This document shows, piece by piece, positions 12,201 through 27,200 of a stretch of DNA of 64,000 bases. The stretch comes from Mobula hypostoma. Its lineage: Eukaryota. The translations under genes and the position numbers were made by a program. Positions within the stretch are counted from its first letter, which is position 1. The number at the start of each line of letters is the position of its first letter. Under the pieces are notes generated by a model that ran no database searches, was not told where the DNA came from, and worked only from the letters and a program-made list of their open reading frames with translations. The stretch spans positions 96,660,001 through 96,724,000 of the forward strand of contig NC_086108.1 of assembly GCF_963921235.1 (NCBI RefSeq), written 5' to 3'.

Positions 12201-15200
12201 TGAAGTAATTCCCCAGTCTGTGTGGGGCCTCAGTTATGAAGAGGAGACCATGCAGGAGGAGTACTAGATGCAATAAATGATAGTGATGAATTCACCAGTA
12301 CTGCCTCACATGGAAGGACTAGTTAGGGGCCTGAAAATTAGTTAGGGGGAAAGTATTGGGTCAGGTGTAATACTGGGACAGTTCCAGGGATAAGTGCCTA
12401 GGAGGATGTTGGCAGGGAGGATCAAGCTGACAAGGGAGTCATAGAGAAAGCGAAAAATTTTGAAAATGGAGAGGGGAGGGGAGGGGTTGACAAGATATGC
12501 CTGGTGGGGTATTTTTTTAGAGATGGCAAAAGTTGTGGAGAATATTATTGCTGAGGCTTGTAGAGGGCAGGGAGAACATGGATGAGTATGGATAATGAGG
12601 TGAGGGTAGATGTGTCAGAAATGGAGGAGATGCAGATGAGGGCTGCATTGATAGCAATGGAAGAGAAACACTGTTTTCTGAAAAAAGGTGGACATTTCAG
12701 ATGTCCTGAACGGAAAGCCTCATCATGAGAGCATATGGAGCGGAGACAGAGGAAATGAGAGAAGGTAATAACATTCTTGCAAGTGACAGGGTGAGAAGAG
12801 GTGTAGTCAACATAACTGTGGAAGTCAGTGGGCTTGTAAAAGATGTTGGAGACAGAGAGATCAAGAAAGGATGGAGATGTGTCAGAGATGGACCTAATAC
12901 TGTAAATCTGAGGGTGGAGTGGGAGTTGGTGGTAAAGTTGATAAAAATGAAAGCCTCACATGGGTGCAGGAAGTAGCATCAATGAGTTTGTTAATGTAGC
13001 AGAGAAAGAGTTGAGGAGTATTACTGGTGAAGGATTGGAATATGGATAGTTCCATGTAGCCAATGGAAAGGCAAGTATAACTGCTTTCTTCTGCCTCTTC
13101 TTCTCTTTGCACTCCCTTCTTAGTTTCTCTAAAGACTAATTTTTTATGAGATAGCAAAATTGCAAAGAGCTGTGATGACTTTGGAGATTTTAACAGGTCT
13201 GTAACAACATTCCTCTCCAATCTCCCATGAAACTGAAACAATGGATTATTCTTTCACAATACCTATTTTGCTTTTCTGCTCCTGATTTGAGGTTCCATCT
13301 GTGATGATTAACCCAAAGAAATGCCTCTCTCTCTAACAGGCATCTATTCACTCTTTTATAATCTTTAAATATGGGAACTTTGGATGGTACATAGCATTAG
13401 CATCATGATCACTTTCTGAATTATCATACTGCTGCGTCTCACGAGCAAAACTACAACACTTATAGATGACCAACATGCATAAAATTGACTATGTATACAG
13501 TACTGTGCAAAAGTCTTAGGTGCATATACTGTATATAGCTAGGGGGCCTAACACTTTTGCACAGTACTGCAGTAATTTTATGTATTGCACTGTACTGCTG
13601 CTGCAAAAATACAAATTTCATCACATATGTGAATTATAATAAACCTAATTCTGATAGACTGCGAAGGGGGAAGGGAGAGGAAAATCCTAGTTGTGAAAAG
13701 GGGAAGGAAGAGGGGACGGAGCAGGAAGCACCAGAGAGACATTCTGTAATGATCAATAAAACCAGTTGTTTGAGATCAAATGACCTGGACTGGTGTCTCA
13801 AGTCTGGGTGTGTCTGCACCCACGCAATCCCCGAACCATGCACTCCTTCTCTGCCACCTGTCCCACACCCCTCCTTAGTGATTCACCTTCGCTATTCACA
13901 ATATCCTTTACTCCAGTCAGATTTACAAACTCGCCCTCCACTTCACGTTGACAAATACAGTACTGTGCAAATGTCTTAAGCATCAATGCCTATAAAAAGT
14001 ATTCACGCCCTTGGAAGTTTTTATGTTTTATTGTTTTACAACATTGAATCACAATGGATTTAATTTGGCTTTTTTGACTGATCAACAGAAAAGACTCTTT
14101 CATGTTGAAGTGAAAACAAGTGTCTACAAAATGGTCTAAATTTCTTACGATTATTAAACACAAAATAATTGATTGCTTAATTACTCATCCACTTCAAGTC
14201 AGTCTTGAGTCTGCATGGAAATGTCTCTATCAGCTTTGCATATCTGGACTCTACAATTTTTCCCCATTCTTCTTTACAAAACTGTTCAAGCTCAATCAGA
14301 TTACATGGGAATTGTGAGTGAACAGCCCTTTTCAAGTCCAGCCACAAATTCTCAATTGGATTCAGGTCTGGACCATGACTTGGCCATTCCAGGATATTAA
14401 CTTTGTTGTTTTTAAGCCATTCCTGTGTAGCTTTAGCTTTATGTTTGGGATCATTGTCTTGCTGGAAAACAAATCTTCTCCCAAGTTGCAGCTGTCTTGC
14501 AGACTGCATCATGTTTTCCTCCAGGATTTCCCTGTATTTTGCTGCATTAATTTTATCCCCTACCTTCTCAAGCAATCCAGGGCCTACTACAGTAAATCAT
14601 GCTTCATGGTAGGGATGGTGAATTTTTGAAAATGTGCGGTATTCGGCTTATGCCAAACATAGTTTTTAGTCTGATGGCCAAAAAGCTTAATTTTTTTTTC
14701 ATCAGACCATAGAATCTTCTTCCAGCTGACTTCAGAGTCTCCCACATGCCTTCTGGCAGATTCTAGCCGAGATTTCATGTTGAGTTTTTGTTCAACAGTG
14801 GCCTTCTCTTTGCTCCTCTCCCATAAAGCTGCAACTGGTGAAGCACCCGGGCAACAGTTCTTGAATGCACAGTCTCTCCCACCTTAGCCATTGAAGCTTA
14901 TAGCTCCTCCAAAGTTGTAGAGGTCTCTTGGTGGCCTCCCTCACTAGTCCCCTCCTTTCACAGTCACTCAGTTTTTGAGGATAGCCTGCTCTAAGCAGAT
15001 TTACAGCTGTGCCATATTCTTTACATTTCTTAATGATTGACTTAACTGTAGTCCAAGGGATATTCAGTGACTTGGAAAATTTCTTATATCATCTCTGGAC
15101 TTGTGCTTTTCAATAACCGTTTCACGGAGTTGCTTGGATTTTTCTTTTGTCTTCATGGTGTAGTTTTTGCCAGGGTACTGGCTCACCAGCAGCTGGACCT

Positions 15201-18200
15201 TCCAGATACAGGTGAATTTTTACTACAATCAATTGAAACACCTTGTCTCCACACAGGTCTCCAAAAATGGATCTCCATTTAACTAATTATGTAACTTCTA
15301 AAACCAATTGGCTGCACCAGTGATGATTTAGTGTGTTGTATTAAAAGAGGGTGAATATTTATGCAATCAATTATTTTGTGTTTTATATTTGTAATTAATT
15401 TAGATCACTTTGTAGTGATCTGTTTTCACTTGACACAAAAGAGTCTTTTTCTGTTGATTAGTGTCAAAAAAGCCAAATTAAACCCACTGCAATTCAATGT
15501 TGTTAAACAATAAAACATGAAAACTTCCAAGGGGGGTGAATACTTTTGCACAATACATTATATTGTACACAAAATCCAAGACTTATGATTATCATTCTGT
15601 TATCCTGCTCTCGATCATTAGCGAAAGGCCGAAGACAATCAATAACTGCGTATTTAACAGTACTTCTATAATCTGCTTATTAAGTGTCTTCCTTGATTAC
15701 TCAGCTTCCAAACTTATTGCAGTAGTGGTCGGCAGGAAAAATAAACAGAATTCTAGTGGTAAGGTCAGCTTTAATATCATAGCATCATTGAACAGTATGT
15801 GGCACAAAGATCTCCTGGTAAAACTGACAGCAGTAAGGAAGTTGCTTGTGTTTGTCAATAGTCTCAGCCCTTGGATATGCTGTGCAAGGCAGGGTCTGTC
15901 TTCAGCCTTTATTAGCTTCATTCACAGATCTTTACAAAATAAAACGTGTCTGCATGTAGCAAAAGCTGGACATCTAGACCAGCTGATTAGTGCCAAGTAA
16001 AAATTCCCATGCAACTGCTGGGCAAGGGTAAATCTATCTCATTTGACATTCACTCACATTTTAATCACAAAACACCCTCCAACATCTTGGGAAACAGCAT
16101 AGATGAGAAACTCAACTGAACCAGCCACATAAATGCTACAGCTACAACATAAGGTAAAAGTCTGTGTATTCTTTTGTGAATGATTTCTCGTTGACTCACT
16201 TCCTGACTGCACAAAGCCTACTATCGTTTAAAGCACCTGCCAAGAATATGATAGAATAGCTTCTGCTTGCCTGTTTGGATACAGAAAGAACAGTCAAGAA
16301 ACTGAACAATTCATATTTGTTTCATAGCTCATCTAACAACTCACCACAGTTTCAACATCACCTCAAAAACCTATGAATACCACCACAAAGGAAAAAGTAG
16401 ATGTTGGATTAGGATGCCAGCATATTAAAGCTGCTTCCAAAACCATACACCATCCATACTAGAATACATATCATTGGCTCAAAATATTGAAGCACCTACC
16501 TGATTTTAATATGGACTACTTTCACCAGACAGACCACGGCATTTCATGCAAGTTGCTAACTATATATAGGTAGTACGATATATTAGTACTTAACATATTA
16601 ATTTAAACACACTGGCTTGCTACACTTTCTATATCCTTGTTTACTGCATTAGTAGAGTATCTTTGGCATTCCTAAATAACAAGGCCAGAAATCAGAGATA
16701 TATTACAATAAAGATGAGGGCCATTTGGATTGTGGAGTTCATACCAGATGTACAGTATACAAAAGAAATACAGTCCCTTCTTTTTCTCCTGAGGCCTGTG
16801 AACTATTTCCATTTCATATTTATCAGACTCATTTCAGAATGCCACAATTGACCCCTACTATTGGCTGTGCCTTCGATACACTAATCATTCTCTTCAAAAC
16901 AAAGCTGTTCTTCATGCCATTTTTGTTTCTTTTCACAAACCTGCACTTTATGTCTTCTTGGCGTTTTCACTGATATGAAGTTATTCTCTAACTGTTCTGT
17001 TAAAACTCTTCAATACCTCCATGAGATTCCTTTTAACTCTGTTTGGTTTCAAGTTAGCCCATTGCTTTGCTTTGCTTTTAGTTAGTTGCACGGTGGGTTT
17101 TTTTTTGGGGGTTTTTTTTTTTCTTTTTTTTTCCATTGATATATATAAAATCTAGTATACTATTATGTTATCTTGGTTTCTTATGCTTAAATTACATTGT
17201 TTGTAGTATTTTCTTTTTGGTATTGTTATCTTTTGGAATTTTATTATACTTTAACATTGTATTAATGTTTATATGGCTTACCTTTTTTGTATACTTACTC
17301 AATAAAAAGATTTAAAAAGAAAAGAAAGAAAGAGATTCCTTCTCCATCTTATCCGTCCCTTGAAAAACAATTCCAGCTTCTCCAAGCAATCCTTGAAACT
17401 AATGTCCTTATTCTTAAAATTGTTTCAGTAAATATCTCCTATCTGCTCTGGAAGTTTCACACAGAGAGTTACACTGTGAACTGAACATAATACTCCAGCC
17501 ATGGCTAACCCAGTGTTTTATAAACATTCGTCATGACCTCCTTGTTTTTGCATTCTATACTCTATTAATGTCTTGAAAACCTTGAGGCCATGCACCAGGA
17601 CCACAAAGAGGTCCTTGCCTAAGTGGTGGAAGCAGGGGATCACTCCTCTGTCAGCCTCCATCTGTCCCATCGGTAGAAGATTCTGTAAATCCAACAGTGC
17701 CTTCATTACTCATTGCAGAATCTACAAAACTAAATTAGGAGTAAGACATCCTCAATCCTGAGGGGCTGTGTAAGAAGCAAAAAAGGTTAACTTGCTAGTA
17801 TAGCAAGAAATTAGGAAGATAAACAGTATGGAGAAAGTGTATGTGGAATCTTGTGCACGTAATCTCATCTAAAATAAGACATTTGCAAAATGGGAGTGCA
17901 GCAAAGCTCCAATGGATTAATTCCTGAGATGGCAAGAGAAAAAAAGCAGGGCATATATTCAAGTTTAGAAGGATGAGGTGACTTCATTGAAACACAGAAA
18001 TGTCTAAATGGGCTGAACATGGGGATGATGAGTTGATGTTTCCACAGGCTGGGGTATCTAGGAACAGAGGTCCCAGTTTCAAAATAAGGTGTCAACCAAT
18101 CAGGATAGAGATGAAAATAAATTCCTTCAAGGATTTAGACCTTTAGAATTCCAAACCCAGGAAAGCACTGAGAATAATAAAGACAGGAATCAACAAACTT

Positions 18201-21200
18201 TTTCATATTAAGGGAATCAAGAGATATGAAATTAGTGCAGGACAATGGCACTGAGGAAAACAATCATCCATCACCTTATTAAACATGGAACATGAGTAAG
18301 AAGTTAAATTTCATATTCATGTTTTAATTTCTTACTTTGATTGTATGTTCTAGTACCAATTGTTTGGCGACAATAAAGTATAAAGTATAAAGAATTGTTC
18401 TTCTATTCGAGTGTGCTGCAATATTGTTTTTACAAACACTGAAAAATCCAGAGCAAGATTAACAAACTTTCCAACTTTAGACCAATTACATGATTTGTTA
18501 GATGCCTGAGAAATGATAAAGATTAATACATAGGAAGGCTGCAGATGATAACGTTTCACGTTACCACTAATTAAATTGTTTTCACAGGAACCTCTTGTTT
18601 TTAAATTGCACAATTTTGAAAAATGCTAATATTTTGAAAACTATTTTATTATGTCAAGCCTTACTCAATCATTAAATTTTTCTTTCCAGTTCTTCCATAT
18701 ATGCACATAAGTTTTTAAAGAGCCTTAATTTTAAAAAAAACATAAAGCTATTATTTATTGTACATACATCATCTAGCACTCTGGACTGTATATAGTTGAA
18801 GTAAGGAAATTCTTTGAAAATGCTTCTAAATTGTACCGCTGTGTACATTTGTGTTAAGGATTAAGTTAATGCCATTTTAATAACAGTATTTACCAACTGA
18901 TATATTGCTAAATGTTTAGTAATGAAACAGAAAACTTAACAATGTGCAGTCTGTTCCAGTCTCAGCATAACTAATTTTCAACAGCAAACAAACACTTAAA
19001 AAATAATAGTGTAACATGTGCAGCTCTTGCCATCTAGTGGCAATATTTCCATCAATAAACTAGAAAGCTTTCCACTGCCTATTACATTTTATCACACATT
19101 TTTAAAGACTAGTCTACATAACTTTAAAATTCCTTCAAATAGATTTTTTTTGTAATTAATCCTCTCACTAAGCTTCCGAAAGAGAACAAGTATTGTTGCA
19201 GAAATTATTTTAAAACCAAGAAAGGTGTAACTTCTATTCAAAATCTAATTAAATAAAGGATTTAATAAATTAGTCCCCTCCATTTGATTAACAATAAAAA
19301 GCTCACAAATATTGAAAGGATACGAATTTCAGTGACTGCTCTCAAAGTTCCTGAACTCTTGCCTGTTACATCTATAAGAAAAAAAAATTTAAAATCTTTA
19401 AAGAATCAAAGAAAACTGGACAGCATTTCAATCATTATTTTGTTGAGTTATTTTCACAAAAGTTATCTGCATTTTGTAAAATTTGCATCTTGTTGTTTCC
19501 TGCTTTTATTAGTGAGGACTGACAAAACTAAAGATATACTGTATTTCATATAGAACATAGAAAATCTACAGCACATTACAGGCCCTTCAGCCCACAATGT
19601 TGTACTGACCATGTAACCTACTCTAGAAGCTGTCTAGAATTTCCCTACTGCATAGCCTTCTACTTTTCTAAGCTCTATGTACCTACCCACGTACCCTATT
19701 TTATCCGCCTCTACCACATTCGCTGGTAGTGCATTCCACACACCCACCACACTCTGTGAAAAACTTACCTCTGACATCCCCCTTGTACCTACTTCCACGC
19801 ACCTACGTGGTAAATGCATTTCTTAATTTACCAATGAACCATCTTTTTATTTGAATGGCAGGTTAAGGGTCAATTGTAATCGAGTCCTGAGTCCATTTCA
19901 CTTACATCCATGTGCCTATCTAGGAGTCTCGTAAATGCCCCGAATTTATCTGCCTCTACCACTGCCTCTGGCACTGTTTCTCTTTAATTTCCTTTCATTA
20001 GTAAGTTCAGTCTCCTTGTAACCACTTAGTATCAGCTTCAACTAGCCTATTGTCAGGTATCTGCCTAAAAATCCTTTCCTCTCCAAATTTCTTTCTGCTG
20101 CTGTCACACACCATCACTGGTATACACGTTTTGCTCATGTTCACAATGTAAGCAAGCATACTGCCTGTTATCTACAAGTTCAATTAGTCCTGAGGTAGAA
20201 CAAATTACCATCACAGCATATCCTGCTGATGAAAACAGCTCAACTCATACAAAAAACTGGTGTTTAAGACTACATGCAATATACTTGAGGCAGAAACAAA
20301 ATGAAAAAGTTAAGGAAATCATATCTTTTCTCATGCTTTTCCTGCCTCTCAACAACCATCCCATGAGACTCAGATAACCACAGGGATTGTCCCAGGAAGC
20401 CAATAAATTTCTGAACTTTTACCTTCTATTGACCTCAGGAGAGACTGGGGGGGGGGGCGGTGCGGGAGGAGATATGTCATAGACCCTGGGCACTGCCAAA
20501 ACTGGAGCGTAAGGGTCCAGCAATGAGTACTTTCTTTCTTGACTTCAAAGAACCCTGTATATGAGGCTTTCTGACCTTCACTGATTAGCATTGTGTGAAA
20601 CATTACATTGGATATCCCATTACAATTTATCGAATTGTATTAGGCAGGATATTAGGCAGACTATTAGGCAGGATATTAGGCAGACTGTTCTTCTTCTTCA
20701 ATGAAACTAGTTAATATAGGGCTGCAATAGCAGGTAAAATCCTGTGTAAGAGTTTGTCTAAATTAGACGTCACCAGTGAAATCAGGAAAAATGGAAGAGG
20801 ATTTAATAACGTTAAAAAGATACTAAATTATACAGAAAATTAAATAGAAAATCATATGAAGCTAAATAGTGTTTACTTTTTGCCTCCAAAGCTAGTCAGA
20901 TTTCTCAATCATTACAACTCCTCCTCTGACATCCAACACAGACATACCTCAAGTATGTGTGCTTAACCTACTGCCCTACTCTTTCTACATTCATCCCTGC
21001 ATGGTTAAGTACTGCACAAACACTCTCTATAAATTTGCTGATGACACCACTGTTGTTGATAGAATCTCAGATAGTGACTAGGAGGTGTACAGGAGTGAGA
21101 GATCAGCTGGTTGAGTGCTGTTGCAACAACAGCCTCACACTCAACATCATCAAGACGAAGAAATTGATTGTGGACTTCAAGAAGGGGAAGTCAGGAAACA

Positions 21201-24200
21201 CACACCGATATTCATTGAAAGGTCAGCTGTGGAAAAGGTGAGCAACTTCAAGTTCCTTGGTGTCAACATCTCTGAGTGTCTACCCTGGGCCTAACACATT
21301 GATTCAATCATGAAGGCATGCCAGTGGCTCGACTTAATTATGAATGAGATTTAATATGTCACTAAAGACTCTTACAATGATGTATGGTGGATAGCACTTT
21401 GACTGATTGCATCAAGACTGGAGAATCAAATGCACAGGATTGCAAGAGGCTGCAGAAGGTTGTAGACTCAGCCAGCTCAATCATGGCAAAATCGTCCCCA
21501 CCATCAAGGAATCTTGAACAGGCGGCGCTTCAAGGAGGTAGCATACATCACTAAGGCCCCACGCTATCTGGGACATGCTATCATTACTATCATTAGGGAG
21601 GAGGTACACAGCCTGACGACCCACACTTAATAATTTAGGAAGAGTTTCTTCCACTCCAACATCAGATTTCTGAAAGGTCTATGAACCCATGAAAACTACT
21701 TTGTTATTCCTTAATTTTTGCACTATTTGATTATTTTATGATTTATAGTGATTTTTTGTCTTTGTACCATACTGCTGCCACAAAACATTTCACGACATAT
21801 GTCAATAATAATAAACTGATTTGGATTAATTTGTACTTAGTGGTTTGACTATAATTCACAAAAAGCAACTGTATCTGCTATTATAATATCCCTCACCTTT
21901 TACATTAAATGAATGTGGCATCATAGGAAGTATGTGTGCTTTTATCACATACTGAGTGCCATTCTGCTGTTTTTGTCTGATGTCATCTGTTACACTACAT
22001 TCACTGTGCTTTTCAGTAAAGCTTATAAGTTCATGTTCTTCATCATGTAACAGGGACTTCTCAAGAAAAGCTGGACAGTCATCAGTTGCTGCTTTGGTTG
22101 GTGTTGGCATTCTAAATAATCTGCAGGAAGAGTGACTTACATTTATGTGTTGAAAATTTAAGACTTTAAGAAACACTATTTTATTTACCAAATACAATGA
22201 AATTACTTTTCAAGCTTCTTAAAATACTAGCAAAACACAATTATTTTTCAGTCACTAGATGTGTAATTAAGAAGGAAAATAGTGAACGTATTGGTTTAAC
22301 GCTTCAAAAAGGATCTACAACCCTGATATTTTCTCAGGGGTAGTAAAAAAGCTTGGGGTGTAGGGGCATCAGTGGGATGGCAATTGTGTAGGGTTTAAGT
22401 TCATGAATATGATTTTTTGGAATGAAAATCCCTCGGGATTAATAAAGTATATCTATCTATCTATCTAAAACATGGAAGTAAGGATTGACAGTATGTCCTA
22501 CAGAAATTAAGAAATACTTTTATAAAGCAGTTTCTCACCAAACAGTCAGATTTATGAGCTATCTATCTATAGAAACATAGAAAATAGGTGCAGGAGTAGG
22601 CCATTCGGCCCTTCAAGCCTGCACCGCCATTCAGTATGATCATGGCTGATCATCCAACTCAGAACCCTGTACCTGCCTTCTCTCCATACCCCCTGACCCC
22701 TTTAGCCACAAGGGCTGTATCTAACTCCCTCTTAAATATAGCCAATGAACTGGCCTCAACTGTTTCCTGTGGCAGAGAATTCCACAGATTCACCACTCTC
22801 TGTGTGAAGAAGTTTTTCCTCATCTCGGTCCTAAAAGGCTTCCCCTTTATCCTTAAACTGTGACCCCTCATTCTGGACTTTCCCAACATTGGGAACAATC
22901 TTCCTGTATCTAGCCTGTCCAATCCCTTTAGAATTTATATACGTTTCAATAAGATCCCCCCTCAATCTTCTGAATTCCAGTGAGTATAAGCCTAGTCGAT
23001 CCAGTCTTTCATCATATGAAAGTCCTGCCATCCCAGGAATCAATCTGGTGAACCTTCTTTGTCCTCCCTCTACGGCAAGAATGTCTTTCCTCAGATTAGG
23101 GGACCAAAACTGCACACAATACTCCAGTGTGGTCTCACCAAGGCCTTGTACAACTGAAGTAGTACCTCCCTGCTCCTGTACTCGAATCCTCTTGCTATGA
23201 ATGCCAGCATACCATTCGCCTTTTTCACCGCCTGCTGTACCTGCATGCCCACTTTCAATGACTGGTGTACAATGACACCCAGGTCTCATTGCACCTCCCC
23301 TTTTCCTAATCGGCCACCATTCAGATAATAATCTGTTTTCCTGTTTTTGCCACCAAAGTGGATAACCTCACATTTATCCACATTAAATTGCATCTGCCAT
23401 GAATTTGCCCACTCACCTAACCTATCCAAGTCACCCTGCATCCTCTTAGCATCCTCCTCACAGCTAACACTGCTGCCCAGCTTCGTGTCATCTGCAAACT
23501 TGGAGATGCTGCATTTAATTCCCTCGTCTAAGTCATTAATATATATTGTAAACAACTGGGGTCCCAGTACTGAGCCTTACGGTACCCCACTAGTCACTGC
23601 CTGCCATTCTGAAAAGGTCCCATTTATTCCTATTCTTTGCTTCCTGTCTGCCAACCAATTCTCTATCCACATCAATACCATACCCCCAATACCGTGTGCT
23701 TTAAGTTTGCACACTAATCTCCTGTGTGGGACCTTGTCAAAAGCCTTTTGAAAATCCAAATATACCACATCCACTGGTTCTCCCCTATCCACTCTACTAG
23801 CTACATCCTCAAAAAATTCTATAAGGTTCGTCAGACACGATTTTCCTTTCACAAATCCATGCTGACTTTGTCCGATGATTTCACCGCTTTCCAAATGTGC
23901 TGTTATCACATCTTTGATAACTGACTCTAGCATTTTCCCCACTACCGATGTTAGGCTAACTGGTCTATCATTCCCCGGTTTCTCTCTCCCTCCTTTTTTA
24001 AAAAGTGGGGTTACATTAGTCACCCTCCAATCCTCAGGAACTAGTCCAGAATCTAAAGAGTTTTGAAAAATTATCACTAATGCATCCACTATTTCTTGAG
24101 AAAAGCTGCACAGAGTGAATACTAGTTAAGTCTGCCACTGTAGGATGATGGGACTTGAGAATAAGTTGTGAGTGGATTGATGATGGCAATGAATGAACAT

Positions 24201-27200
24201 TATGATACTTATGGTGAGGGATTGGGGAAGTGGATTGGGATGCTTTGGTTGACTGCAAGAGCAATGGAATATTATAGGATACTGGACATCACACAAAGCT
24301 GCCACTCTAAGGTGGAGGAATTTGATTACAGGGTGCCCAATGTATGAAGAAAACTTGTGTGTTCTGTGGGAAATATATCCACTCAACTCAACCAGTATGC
24401 AGTATAATTATAGTACTTATGTTGAAACAGGTCATAAATATACAATTCCTGGTATATAAAAAAAATCATCCTCTTTTAACTTACAATTTAACTTCAATTG
24501 TTGCTCAGACTAAATATCAGAATGGGGAAGAAGTGTGATCTACGTGACTTTGACCGTGGAATGACTGTTGGTGCCAAACAAGGTGGTTTGAGTATCTCAG
24601 AAACAGCTGATCTCCTGGTATTTTCACACACAACAGTCTCTGGAGCAGGAGTTCCCAACCTTTTTTATGCTATTGACCCCCGCCAAAAAAAAAGTCCAAT
24701 GAACAGCAGTTCTGTGGGCAATAACACCTTGTTAATGAAAGTAGTCAGAGGAGAATAGCCAGACTGAAGGTGACAGTAACACAAATAACCACAGAAGGTA
24801 CCTAATAAAGTGGCCACCAAGTGTAAACGGGTTTGATTAAAAGCCTCCTCATTTCAGTACTAAAAGGATTAAAGCCCATTTTTAAATTTTGACATTTCTA
24901 TTGAAAATCTATTGACGCCATAATCATCGATGAAGACAGCTGGAAAATTTGGCAGTGAGTCATGGTATTTCATCAGAGAGAATACCACAGCTGATTCTGT
25001 TCTTTCTGTAAATGAATACAGGAATGTTTCAAGTAAGTATGGCAAACATTTCACCAGTAACCAATCTAGCCAGCTCTCCCCTACCTTGCCCAAAAGGAAC
25101 ACCCATCAGCTGCTGTCCTCTAACCATGTCCTCCATTGAAGTCAATTTATTTTACACACATGGGATTGTATCTTGGCCATTTGGGTCTTATATAGATTAC
25201 TACTCATTAGATAAATTCATTTGGGAAGCAGAGTGTTTATTGAGAAACAATGGGTTGAAGGGGTGTATGGATTTACATCAGAAGTCTTATTAAATTCTAT
25301 TCACTCAGCAAACCTACATTTAAGCCATGTGCTGCAATAAGCAATACACCCAGACCACTTAAAATAGGCACCACGACAGCTGACAGAACACATAACCTAA
25401 ACTACCAAATTTTTTCCTGATGTAAACAGGATTATTTCCTCTTCAAAATTTTATGAGTGGCAGGTGCAAATTGTATTCACTCTAATAATCTTAATCACTT
25501 ACTCCTATGAACTCTATAGGATGATTGATAAAAAAAATCGCTAATCTACATATTGGTTTTACCATAAGCTTCTCAAAATATAATAGCACGCTTGATGGAA
25601 ACTAATAGAATTGGTCCCATAACTCATTTTACCACTATTCCAGTTCTCTCCCTTCCCCGCTCCCCATTACTTTCCAGTGAAATCAACAGAAAGGGAAAAC
25701 CGGAGGCATGCAAAGTAGACAGATCCTCTGACACTATCAATTAAACAAAAATAAAATCAAATGTCTATTCCATTTGCTATCATCTAAACATGAGTGACTA
25801 AAGTATTTATTTGGATTTGCCCTCAAAATAAACTTCTTTGATGGTGCATATTGACACATATTTCCTAAAGCAAAACCCCTTTCCTATGGAAATTCATTTC
25901 GAGAGAGAAACAGTCATTGTCAAGTCTTGTTTCAAAAAAAACACTTGGTGTCCTGCATAATACAAAAAGAAGAATACTACCTTTTCCTGAACAAAGACTT
26001 ATCACTTTCATCTTTCTCCACGGGGTTATGATGTGAAGTACTAAGACAATTCAAATTATCAAATGTCTCTTCATTCTGATGTCTGCTGTGACCTTTACTG
26101 TTGTCATTTAACAGGATCGTTGAAGGAATAGAATTGTCATTTCTGAATCTAAACTGAGATTGATCTTTCAGGGAATTATTTAACCCTATTTCAAATGTTT
26201 TTCGTTTGATTGGGGTATGCATATATTGGGAATCAAAAACCATTTGCGACTGACAATCACTTTCCATATTCTTCTTTAAAGGTGGTACAAATTTCTTTGA
26301 CTGCTTGATGCCTGAAAAGATAAAGCAAAAAGTCAGATGTAATCTGAAAAAGCAAGCACTAAGTCAGGTTCAACAAGATTTCAGAGAGTAAACATTAGAA
26401 GATGTTCTTAATGAAATTTGTGGAATAATAGAATTTTTGAAAAATGTTACACAACACATATAGCTATTGTATTAGTACAGTGAATTTGCCTTTAATCTGT
26501 AAATAAAGATTACACAACATTATCAATTTACATTCTTTCTCGACATTGTTATATCCAAGGTTCTATGCTAGGTGAAATCCAGGGCTTAACTGATAGTTCT
26601 ATAAGAAAGCACCAAGGAAGTAGAGCATATTAAAACCTTTTAACTATCCGAAGTTAAAAATTGTGTTGAGGGGAATGAGATGAAGTGAAAAATGTTGCAA
26701 GAATCATTAGCTTAATTAAACTCTAAAATTTTGTGATACGCCACACCAAATTTTTGCACAACTATATACAGTAATTTCAAAGAAAAACTCTAGTAAATTG
26801 GATTTATTTTTAAAAATATCAAAACTCATTCTCATAGCTCATCACTTTTGATGCTTTTTATTTCAACTTGATTTTCATTGTTAGGCTTCCATAAAATTCC
26901 TTATTATTCATTTGTGCATTAAGTTGAAATTTAACTTAGAATTTATTCTTGTTTTTCCTCTATCTACTTATTCTCAAACATTTGGCCATTTCTTTATTAC
27001 TATTGGTTAGATATATTTCAGACTTAGACAGTCCATCCTTAAATCCAGTTATAATATATCAAATCACCAAAGCTGAATTATAACAAAGCACAGTACAAAA
27101 GAAAGTGATGTTGTAATTTTAAAAAAGTATTTTGGTAAGAAAAGTGTATCTATAATCAATTCACTTGCATTTTCCTATGCATCTTCATTATATGTATATT

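Noticed and set aside
13081..13241. Exon-like open segment on the minus strand (part of ORF 12894..13241)
   Set aside because: No GT donor at its end, and HFM1 exons 6 and 7 join without it
24869..25293. Overlapping short ORFs between HFM1 exons 3 and 4
   Set aside because: No similarity I recognise, and exons 3 and 4 already join in phase (FRKR-LF)
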